A stretch of 64,000 nucleotides of DNA from a virus. The notes beneath the pieces were generated by a model. That model ran no database searches. It saw only the letters and a list, made by a program, of their open reading frames with translations, and was not told the DNA's origin. This document shows, one piece after another, positions 20,101-27,587 of the stretch. The position numbers and the translations under genes are program-made. The DNA lies in the IMG/VR virus record IMGVR_UViG_3300045988_177049, positions 45,537 through 109,536 of that record; one strand, written 5' to 3'. Numbering within the stretch: position 1 is the stretch's first letter; each line of letters opens with the position of its first letter.

Positions 20101-22585
20101 GACCGCCCGTGAGCACCCACGGATCCATCGTCGTGTCGTTGGCGGGATCGCCGCTAAAACCCTGTTCCCGTGCGCGAGATGCACGGAAATCCGCATCAAT
20201 GGTTGATCCATCACGCAGTGCATTCGGATAGCGCACGCGGCGCGCTTCGGTGGCAAGAATTGCATCGAGAATCTCTCGATCCATACCCTCTTCAAGGGCA
20301 CGCTCATAGTGATCTGCTCGATGGCGCGTATCAGTCAGCCTACGATACACACCGTTAAGGGAGGCAGGCTCACCGACGCGAGACCGGCCTGTGAGCACGT
20401 CAGCTTGAACCCGATAGCGAATCGCATCACTCATCTGCTGTTCGTAACCGATCAGCCGAGTGCGCTCTTCGAGAGACTTCTTTTCTCCGGGTTTTTGACT
20501 GACGACGCGCGCCTCAAAGCCTGGCACGATCATGAGATCGTTACCGGAGTTGAAACGAGTGATGATCTCTCCATTCTCACCGCGAGCGAAGATCTGTCCG
20601 ATCGTTCCGCTCACAGGCTCTTCTCGACCTGTTTGGGAACGCATGATTGAGCCGGTCCACTCCACGACACCGTTTGCATCGACGCGGATCGATCCAGGAG
20701 TAACCGCGCACGATTCAAGCGTGTCTGACACGACTTGAAGCATCGATGTGGTGAACTCATCGTCCACAACGTCCATTGACAACGCCGTGGACTCGTCGAA
20801 AGTGATCAATCGATCCCTAAATGCGTTGGAATAGAAAGATTCTCCAACGATCTTTTCCTTCGGCAAACGCGCGGTACGCATTGCAGCCACAAGATCATCG
20901 TTGTTACGCCACTGACCGTATTCACTGGTCATGTAACGAGCAGTACGCACGGGATCAAAGACAAACTCATCCGACTCAATCGGTGCATCCACACCGATTT
21001 GAGTATCGAGTAGATCACGCAGGTGCGCACGAACGCGCTCTTCTGGACTTCCCGTGTAAGCCACAGAACCGGCCAACATGTCGTGAACACCAGACAGATC
21101 GCTGTCTTGGTCCATCTCATCGAGCAACCCTGTTGCTTCGGCGTACTCAGACCTAGTTGCATCAGGCTTGAGCAATGTGGTCTCTGCTCCGCGCAGAACG
21201 TCCCAATACGCGCGCCCAACGGCTGCAAGATCAGGATCGCCAGACAACACAGGAACATACGTCCCCTCGCGTGCAGCGTCTTCATGCTCGCTGAGCTGAC
21301 GGATCAAACCGTCAACATCGAGCTGCTGCTCCACATTGATGCGAGCACTACGAACAGCATCGGTGATAAACGTCGATGCCTGGGTTCGACCTTCGGGCGT
21401 ATCAACGAAGAACCGAGACGAGGCAGAACGCTCCTTCATCTGACGACGGATGACCACCTGCTCACCGTTTGCTCCCGGCATGTCCTTATACGCACTCGTG
21501 AGCGTGTCTGTGGACAAATACGACTCTTGAAGCGTCTTATTCTTGCTCTGACGCTGACCAACGTGGCCGACAAGACCTTTACCGTCCTTGCGCTCCACGG
21601 GGCGTCCCAAGGCGACGCGCACAAGGTCGCACACCTCATCAACAGTGGGTGTGTACGCCACCTGCTTGTTATCTCGACGAGCAGTCGTGGAGAAGTACAG
21701 CGTTGCACCGTTGTCATAGACACGACCCACCCACTGCTCTTTGTCTCGGGTATCGGTCAGACGCACCGTCATATTCGTTCCCGTGAGTCGAGCACGAATC
21801 TGACCGGGACGCAAGTCCTTTTCAATCGTGTAGGGAATACCTTCTTCGGCCAACATATCGAGCACAGCTCGGGAGCGAGCAAGTGCGTCGGTACTCATGA
21901 ACTGACGGGCGTTATAGCGTCCCGTCTCAGGGTTACGTGCACCATCAAGTACCCACTGACGAACATCGTTGTACTCAGCCGTCGTCATGCGACCCATGAG
22001 TTCAGTCAGGCCCGAGATATCATCGAGGCTGAGTGCCCGGCCTGCTTCTTTCGCATCGCCGTCTTCGTTCAGACGATAGAGCTTGAGTTCCGAGGATGTG
22101 ACCTTTTCCAGACTACTCGGCTTGCCATCGGCAAATGCAGCAATGTCATCATCGAGAATATACAAAATCGATGAACCAGCTTGCTTGACGCTTCGGCGGG
22201 TTCCCCACCGAGGATCATAAGGAGAGATCGGCAAACGAGGTCCAGCAGCTCCTGTAGATCCGCTCAGACCAATCGTCGCCGTAAAGTCTTTGTACAACGC
22301 CTTGTAGCCCTTACTTGATGTATCGGCAGGCTGGAACAAGGCTTTGTATCCTGGGACGTTCTCACTCATGACGCTTTGAATAGCGTCGAGTGCTTCGGGG
22401 ACGCCTAAGTCCCCATCGTTAAACGAACGTCCATTTTCATTAAGCTTGGCTTCCATGAGATCTCGCAAGTGCCGACCCTGTGAAACCAGGATCGGAGAAC
22501 CAATCAACTCACTCGTTCGATTGATCGTACGGGCGATCATGTACTCATACATGTACCGACGCAAACCAGCATTACGCGTTTGCAT
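17132..22585 (-). CDS. single-polypeptide two-barrel RNA polymerase-like protein (1817 aa) carrying both the beta-subunit and beta-prime-subunit catalytic motifs of multisubunit RNAPs
   Basis: LIVGDKISDMHGNKGVISLIV matches the beta DPBB signature GDKxAGRHGNKGVVS. About 350 aa downstream, VKCFDGDFDGDSVAVVNL matches the beta-prime Mg-binding NADFDGD signature. RBS aaggag precedes the start. The C-terminal tail ...VAVESEDDGFEL resembles those of the two downstream paralogs. Confidence 0.7.
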   Translation of the reverse strand: MQTRNAGLRRYMYEYMIARTINRTSELIGSPILVSQGRHLRDLMEAKLNENGRSFNDGDLGVPEALDAIQSVMSENVPGYKALFQPADTSSKGYKALYKDFTATIGLSGSTGAAGPRLPISPYDPRWGTRRSVKQAGSSILYILDDDIAAFADGKPSSLEKVTSSELKLYRLNEDGDAKEAGRALSLDDISGLTELMGRMTTAEYNDVRQWVLDGARNPETGRYNARQFMSTDALARSRAVLDMLAEEGIPYTIEKDLRPGQIRARLTGTNMTVRLTDTRDKEQWVGRVYDNGATLYFSTTARRDNKQVAYTPTVDEVCDLVRVALGRPVERKDGKGLVGHVGQRQSKNKTLQESYLSTDTLTSAYKDMPGANGEQVVIRRQMKERSASSRFFVDTPEGRTQASTFITDAVRSARINVEQQLDVDGLIRQLSEHEDAAREGTYVPVLSGDPDLAAVGRAYWDVLRGAETTLLKPDATRSEYAEATGLLDEMDQDSDLSGVHDMLAGSVAYTGSPEERVRAHLRDLLDTQIGVDAPIESDEFVFDPVRTARYMTSEYGQWRNNDDLVAAMRTARLPKEKIVGESFYSNAFRDRLITFDESTALSMDVVDDEFTTSMLQVVSDTLESCAVTPGSIRVDANGVVEWTGSIMRSQTGREEPVSGTIGQIFARGENGEIITRFNSGNDLMIVPGFEARVVSQKPGEKKSLEERTRLIGYEQQMSDAIRYRVQADVLTGRSRVGEPASLNGVYRRLTDTRHRADHYERALEEGMDREILDAILATEARRVRYPNALRDGSTIDADFRASRAREQGFSGDPANDTTMDPWVLTGGRNMSLLSEEADGYFDPIMTSSGVNQGVTRYLVSGAQVNVDGSIVPSDKGDRAPLMLTKQAEFMSYDPFDRQQMTTSNLMNASSVTKPVGTAFMTAGGWTMEDSIVVSADFARTYRVRGTDGEMRDLIVGDKISDMHGNKGVISLIVDRDASLTSSEIEDLYGSTDMMDLFRQNPDLDVVMAPFSAVSRFNGGSAREAMQSTAPLYLPNGEVVENGIGQVSFIGTHMTVDAKTAAYDDAAIRAGQGRKASSQLAWALQSQGCDKVLEQIYGGNLQALAQLREMALVCGLDIEPDGTLREGHDDLAVGGARRLIEMGEVPVTERGSFDVRKVRSDFAALIGDAGGDMEIPFPLTMPTGERTLHATDTTWRVPVLSSHLRSGQDLDDGSSTVHDYTYRYLTIREWALRYKHAADRAASGELTGKDLADARQTMAEAMHRAQTAYDGIAQDIMRRRFTGKHNVVKEGLMASRLPRSATAVWTGDPRLDIDQVGVGPELAKKLRLRDGDYALIWRDPVLRDAGVRYMRVSIDERLTGVSVNPNMVKCFDGDFDGDSVAVVNLGHGAAHEQAMERLSVEANLLDLGQGMDDEGCYPLAMHDALDVKVSQHYDSLYAEDMAEVHQMANNAYYDFVEGESSRERFLETSREVSAAASRMYHDALRHQYGEAVLSFGSVHEHMASVEKACIETGAKGSPKKMLDYAKYIGYDPETHVDLTTTQVTRDDQKGTMYATAVKSFGTGVAGTFSQRGVRALRNEELKAVLELTYPVTQSILQAKHDPVDARHRYELLMGPARSLWRGQMIAQGNDGVWNTVLDADHKPVQATKEQWVEAFSRFYGDDGLGVTVNAENIEKVATALSDSNGIMLNLEDEKVIEKLASPMDRLAYGGDFTTMQTLAHERAGLFEGKWNESFAPARVREVLQADVETQVEAPVIAMDDTVARVEVEETIGRRKSTSWAVPVRSKTGTAHVSRSTTAQYRVPAPVAVESEDDGFEL

Positions 22586-22821
22586 AACATTCTCCTTTTC
22601 AGGTTCGGCCCAGTCGGACCGATCGGGTGATTACCCTTACATATTACCTGAAAAACCCACGCTTTTCAACGGAAACACTGTCGAAACGCTTTTGTATCGA
22701 GTACGATAAATACGTAGATGTCATATCGCAAACCCCGGTGTCACGGACAAACATTTTCCGTGTGTAACATCCGACAAGCCATATGACCATCTCTCAACAC
22801 ACAACAGAAAGGACACTCACC

Positions 22822-24213
22822 ATGTCACATGAACAAGTAAAAGGTACTCTGCTCACCGTTGGAGCAACAGCGGCATCAACCGCCCTTCTCGTCGGCGGTT
22901 TTATCGGATACAACCACATACAAGCCATGTCCTCAGCCGATGAACAAGCCGTCATCTTTAACGAGACGCACTCCGCCAGCGGAGCCACAGACGCTCTCAC
23001 CGGAACAACCGGAGAATTCAGTGATCATTGCACCGTTATGCGCGAAGGTTTGCAATTCACTGTAGGCCCCATGAATTATACGACCTCAAACACGTCATTG
23101 CGCGGCACACCTGTTCCACCCACGCGATCTACAACCGGCTTTGATTGGCAATGGGTAAACAAGGATCGCGTATCACCCACCGGAGTACGCGCCGATGTTC
23201 CCGATGTCGTCGGAACGACCCCAGAGAACGTCTCCACTCCAGAAGGTCGCACACAGGCGAACCTCAATGCGTGGTATCAGCAAATCTGGGACAGCAACTT
23301 CCGTGTTGGAAACGTTGAGATCGGTTATCACCCAGGCGGTCAACCTAACCCCGCCATTCCGCAGGTTCTCGCAGCCCACTGCGAGTGGGATGTCAAAGTT
23401 TCGAGTAATGCTGACACAAATAGTGAAGGTTCTACTCTTAATGACGACGTAACACTTGGCGCTGTTCCCGTTTGGGACCTCGCAGAAGGGGAAACTGCCC
23501 CGTGGCTCACGGTAGACGGCAAAAAAGCCCAAGTAACGGTTCACGGTCGCGCCTACCACACGGCAGACAAGCCCATTAAAGACAATGACATTCCGGCAAA
23601 CGCTCAGCTCATCGGGGAAACAACCCTTGACTTCACTGCCTCGGGAACTAAGACCGCAACCATCAACAAGCCATCCAACCTTAACGGAGGTTACGTCACA
23701 TGGGTGTGGAGCGTTGATAAGAATAATCAGCCCGGCGATTGGGGTAAGTACCTCATGAACGACAATGTTTCTGACGGGTGGGCCGCAGAAAACGAGGTCG
23801 TTGAACTCCCCAAGAACCCTGAGCCTACGCCAAGCGTAGCTGCTCCCACCGTTGAGCCGAGTGCAGCGCCGACACCTAGTGCCACGGAACCTACCCCTAC
23901 ACCAAGCATTACCACTCCTACATCTGAACCTACGCCAAACACGACACCTTCCACTCCGGTTTCAAAAACCACGCCTTCGGCAACCCCGACTCCAGATGGG
24001 AATGAGACCCCTGCACCAACACCGAGTGATCCGACTGGTTCAACCCCGTCAGCACCGGGTACTCCGGGTACTGTCACCCCACAAACGTCACACGAGACAC
24101 CATATGCAAGTCTTGCTCACACTGGTTCACCAGCGCTCCCGCTGATTGAATTAGGTGTCATCTCGTTGGCTGGTGGTTTGACTCTGGCTCTCAGGAAGCG
24201 TAACGTGGGTTAA
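22822..24213 (+). CDS. cell-wall-anchored surface protein with a Pro/Thr-rich stalk and an LAxTG-type sortase signal
   Basis: Start at ATG 22822 after RBS gaaagga. N-terminal signal/TM LLTVGATAASTALLVGGFIG. The C-terminus has a PT-rich linker, then LAHTG, a hydrophobic stretch and RKRNVG, the classic sorting-signal architecture. LAxTG is the class E sortase variant. Confidence 0.65.
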   Translation: MSHEQVKGTLLTVGATAASTALLVGGFIGYNHIQAMSSADEQAVIFNETHSASGATDALTGTTGEFSDHCTVMREGLQFTVGPMNYTTSNTSLRGTPVPPTRSTTGFDWQWVNKDRVSPTGVRADVPDVVGTTPENVSTPEGRTQANLNAWYQQIWDSNFRVGNVEIGYHPGGQPNPAIPQVLAAHCEWDVKVSSNADTNSEGSTLNDDVTLGAVPVWDLAEGETAPWLTVDGKKAQVTVHGRAYHTADKPIKDNDIPANAQLIGETTLDFTASGTKTATINKPSNLNGGYVTWVWSVDKNNQPGDWGKYLMNDNVSDGWAAENEVVELPKNPEPTPSVAAPTVEPSAAPTPSATEPTPTPSITTPTSEPTPNTTPSTPVSKTTPSATPTPDGNETPAPTPSDPTGSTPSAPGTPGTVTPQTSHETPYASLAHTGSPALPLIELGVISLAGGLTLALRKRNVG

Positions 24214-24306
24214 TACCTCACACAGGGCGCGAGTAGCGGCGGTTCGTATGACACATGTTGTGCGAGCCGCCGCTTCCTTTTGCACCACACCGACAAAGGA
24301 GTAACC

Positions 24307-24828
24307 ATGGCTTCCAATACCGTTCTGGCCGAACAACACCACTACAAACGACACATGCCCTCGGTTGCGACAGTCGTCAAGTACTGGCGTACACATCCCC
24401 AACTATGGATGAAAGGCGTAGTTATTGGTTGGAACATTCCGTTTTGTTTCGCGTGCGGCTGGATCCCGCCTGTGAAGATTCACAACGGTTTCAAATGGAA
24501 GGGCGCGAGCCGTTTTCTTGAACGTGCTCACCTGCAAAATCATTGCGTGCGCGGAAACGATAAACCATCGAACATCGTCCTTCTATGCCCACTATGCCAC
24601 AGTGCAATGCCACGGTTTCAATCACGCAAAGAAGCGCTGCACTGGGTATCCAAACAGTACTCTTACCGTATGCGAACCACCAGCACAGCGCTCCATGATG
24701 CCTCTTGGCAGCTCTACACCAACACGCACCCGTGTTGTGATCAAGACGATATCCGCGAGCTGTACAGACTGTTTTTGATCAGCGTCATGCTTCAGGCTCA
24801 AGAGGTGGCACACCTAATGCATCCATAA
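24307..24828 (+). CDS. HNH (His-Me finger) endonuclease
   Basis: RBS aaggag precedes ATG 24307. The segment ERAHLQNHCVRGNDKPSNIVLLCPLCH matches the H-N-H pattern with its Cys pairs. Confidence 0.55.
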   Translation: MASNTVLAEQHHYKRHMPSVATVVKYWRTHPQLWMKGVVIGWNIPFCFACGWIPPVKIHNGFKWKGASRFLERAHLQNHCVRGNDKPSNIVLLCPLCHSAMPRFQSRKEALHWVSKQYSYRMRTTSTALHDASWQLYTNTHPCCDQDDIRELYRLFLISVMLQAQEVAHLMHP

Positions 24829-25036
24829 GCGCATCACACGCATCATTGAGGGAAAGAACGTAGTCCTTTTCAACGACCATGAAATCAAAAAACTCATCCA
24901 AAAACGCTGTAACACGTTTTTCTAAAGTTTTTGACTCGGATACATCTCCAATCAATTCTTCCAATCTTTCAGCAGTCGTAATGAGATTATCTCGCTTATC
25001 CAAAAAATCCGAAACGACCGTTTCCAAATTTGCCAT
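24785..25036 (-). CDS. small acidic hypothetical protein (~83 aa), AT-rich
   Basis: RBS aaaggaaagg precedes ATG 25036 (MANLETVV). It overlaps the HNH gene tail on the opposite strand, so the call is low confidence. Confidence 0.3.
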   Translation of the reverse strand: MANLETVVSDFLDKRDNLITTAERLEELIGDVSESKTLEKRVTAFLDEFFDFMVVEKDYVLSLNDACDALMDALGVPPLEPEA

Positions 25037-25092
25037 TTCCAACACCTTTCCTTTCATACATCAATGGATACTTTTACGTAAATAACAATCAA

Positions 25093-25581
25093 TCACAACG
25101 ATTGATAAATCGCCTTCCGTAACTCATCATTTCCATATTCATAAAGCAGCCACTCCGGTTGAGCCAAGCAAACATACCGGCGACCGCACTCACGATCACG
25201 GTCATGATCACGCAAGTACCACATATTGTGCTTGACCATAGCCAATTCTTCCTTCGTGAATTGAGCCAGGCTCGCTTCAACTTCTTTTGCACCCATCCAA
25301 TCATCAAGTATGCTAAACGAACCTTCTCGATCCTCATTCCAGAGATTCCATTCAGTTGCAGTATTTGGATCGAGCTTCTTGTAATATAAACCGCCATCAG
25401 AAAGGCTCTCAAAGACGGCAAGAACGGGCATCATGCCGCTCAGCGCACTAAGTCTATGACTTTTGCACTCTAAACCTGCAACGTCCCATAACGATTTCGC
25501 CAAATCGAACGGACTAGTTGCTGACATAATACTTCTGCACAATAGCGTCTTTGCTGTAGCTAAACGATCGACGTCATTCAT
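25093..25581 (-). CDS. hypothetical protein (~162 aa), AT-rich islet
   Basis: RBS gaaagga precedes ATG 25581 (MNDVDRL). No motif recognised. Confidence 0.4.
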   Translation of the reverse strand: MNDVDRLATAKTLLCRSIMSATSPFDLAKSLWDVAGLECKSHRLSALSGMMPVLAVFESLSDGGLYYKKLDPNTATEWNLWNEDREGSFSILDDWMGAKEVEASLAQFTKEELAMVKHNMWYLRDHDRDRECGRRYVCLAQPEWLLYEYGNDELRKAIYQSL

Positions 25582-25699
25582 ATTTTGTCCTTTCGCATAG
25601 AGATTCTGCTCGTAACTCAGTCTAACACAATGATACGTATAACGCATCTATGTTACAATGGATAATATAAACCACTTCTAGTAGAAAGCCGCGCACACC

Positions 25700-27484
25700 A
25701 TGCCACGAAAACCTTCCCAAACCCTTGAACAATTCAGCTCCGCCCTGGCTGATCAGCTTGTTGATCAATCCCTACGATCCATTGCTCGTGGATCAGACAC
25801 AAGAGTCCAATGGCGCTGTCCCATTGACCCTCGCCATATATGGTGGGCAAGCCCAATGAACCGCACTAATGCGAAAAATCCAACCGGATGCAGCGTATGT
25901 AACGGCAAGACTGTCATCCCCGGTGTCAATGACGTCGCCACAACCCATCCCGACGTGGCTGCTCTCATGGTTGATCAAAGCCTCACCACGAAGCTCACCG
26001 GCTCTTCTAATAAGAGAGTCGAGTTCTGGTGTGGTAATCCCGCACACAACCACTGGGTTGCACCGCTCAGTAACGTCGCGCGCCAAGGAACGCGCTGCCC
26101 TCAGTGCTCAGGTCGTAAACCCGTTTCAGGCCAGAGCGATCTAGCGACCACTCATCCCGACCTAGTTTCCGAACTTGTTGATCAGTCTCTCGCTACCACC
26201 CTCAAAGCAGGGTCAAACACCTCTGTGCTCTGGCAATGCTCGGTGAATCCCGATCACACGTGGAAGGCAACGCCATACTCACGTACAACTAAAAAGACCG
26301 GGTGCCCGTATTGCTCAGGTAGGATCATCGTCCCTGGTGTCAATGATCTTGCAACCACACACCCCGATCTGGCTATACAGCTCGTGGATCAGTCCTTAGC
26401 GACAGCCACGAGCAAGGGTGGGACTACACCTGTGCTTTGGCAGTGCCAAGTCAACCCGGAGCACACATGGCTCGCAGCCCCAAGTAACCGTGTGAAGCCC
26501 TCGGGATGCCCCATGTGCTACAGGCTTCATACCAACCCATCTCAAACACTTTTAACCGAGATGATCCGCTCTCTTGTTCCCACGAGCACAGTCCTCGGTG
26601 ACGACCATACGATTCTCCCCTCGGGTAAAGAACTTGATATCGTCGTGCCTGACCACCGTCTCGCCATCGAGTTCAACGGTGTGTTCTGGCACTCTGAGGC
26701 CGCATCTGTCGAAACGCACTGCAAGCCCCATCCTCACGGCTATCACGCTGAGAAAACACGTGAAGCACGCGAGCAGGGCTACCAACTCGTTCACGTGTGG
26801 GAGGATGACTGGGTGCATCGACACGAGCTTGTTATGCGCGCTCTTGCTCATAAGCTACACGCGACAGACCGCCTGCCGGAGATTCTGCCAGACATCAACC
26901 CGCTGGCCTATGAGCGTCTCTACGCGCGCAGCCTCACAGTGAAAACTGTTCCTGGTGATGTTGCAAGACGTTTCTGGCAAGACAACCATCTCCAAGGCCC
27001 GGTGAACTGCTCTGTCAACATCGGTCTCTATGATCAAAACCATGTTTTACGCGCTCTGCTCGGTGTGGGGCGCAAGAACCATGGTTCACGTGTCTCGCTG
27101 CCAGATGGAACCTGGGATATCCAGCGCTACGCAACACTAGGCATTGTCGTTGGTGGCTTCACCCGTCTCCTTGCCCACGCTGAGACACTTCTGCCCGTCC
27201 ACGCGTGGACGTCATGGAGCGACAACGACATCTCTGATGGTGGGATGTACCAAGCAGCAGGCTTCACCCCGGATAAGCGTCAAGGAGCGAGCTACAGCTA
27301 CGTCGGACGCACAACCAGGTGGGAACGTGTTCATCGCTCCACGTACACGAAGCAGCGTTTCATTGACGATCCTGATCTCGTCTACGAGCCTGGTCAAACT
27401 GAGCACGAGGCGGCTTTAGCTAATAGGCTCTACCGCATCTACGACGCAGGTAAGACCCGGTGGATCAAACACGTGGAACGCTAG
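25700..27484 (+). CDS. protein with four tandem zinc-ribbon modules followed by a Vsr/DUF559-like PD-(D/E)xK endonuclease domain (homing-endonuclease-like)
   Basis: The unit WxCxxxPxHxWxAxxxxRxxxxxGCPxCxGxxxxxGxNDLATTHP is repeated four times. After it, ELDIVVPDHRLAIEFNGVFWHS is typical of Vsr-like restriction-endonuclease-fold nucleases. Confidence 0.55.
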   Translation: MPRKPSQTLEQFSSALADQLVDQSLRSIARGSDTRVQWRCPIDPRHIWWASPMNRTNAKNPTGCSVCNGKTVIPGVNDVATTHPDVAALMVDQSLTTKLTGSSNKRVEFWCGNPAHNHWVAPLSNVARQGTRCPQCSGRKPVSGQSDLATTHPDLVSELVDQSLATTLKAGSNTSVLWQCSVNPDHTWKATPYSRTTKKTGCPYCSGRIIVPGVNDLATTHPDLAIQLVDQSLATATSKGGTTPVLWQCQVNPEHTWLAAPSNRVKPSGCPMCYRLHTNPSQTLLTEMIRSLVPTSTVLGDDHTILPSGKELDIVVPDHRLAIEFNGVFWHSEAASVETHCKPHPHGYHAEKTREAREQGYQLVHVWEDDWVHRHELVMRALAHKLHATDRLPEILPDINPLAYERLYARSLTVKTVPGDVARRFWQDNHLQGPVNCSVNIGLYDQNHVLRALLGVGRKNHGSRVSLPDGTWDIQRYATLGIVVGGFTRLLAHAETLLPVHAWTSWSDNDISDGGMYQAAGFTPDKRQGASYSYVGRTTRWERVHRSTYTKQRFIDDPDLVYEPGQTEHEAALANRLYRIYDAGKTRWIKHVER

Positions 27485-27587
27485 AGTGCAGACAACAAAA
27501 GTGAGGTGGTGATCCTTATGGACCGCCACCTCACTTCGTAGTATCCCAGCACCTCCGCGCACCGGGGCTTATATCATACCACGAGAA

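Noticed and set aside
21023-22174. 383-aa plus-strand ORF, with many similar 60 to 540-aa ORFs such as 12794..14020, 28755..29762, 29841..30869, 32940..34067, 36260..37882, 40542..41054, 43516..44424, 48674..49765 and 51697..52566
   Set aside because: All lie antisense inside long, motif-supported minus-strand genes (the RNAP-like gene, T4CP, Clp-like ATPase, relaxase and VirB6-like gene). They are Arg/Ser/His-rich as expected from high-GC antisense frames, and they lack ribosome-binding sites. They are treated as shadow ORFs.
23800-24110. Repetitive Pro/Thr-coding DNA that might be mistaken for a repeat array or CRISPR
   Set aside because: The repeats are imperfect and in frame, and they encode the PT-rich stalk of the LAxTG surface protein. 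There are no spacer-like unique segments.
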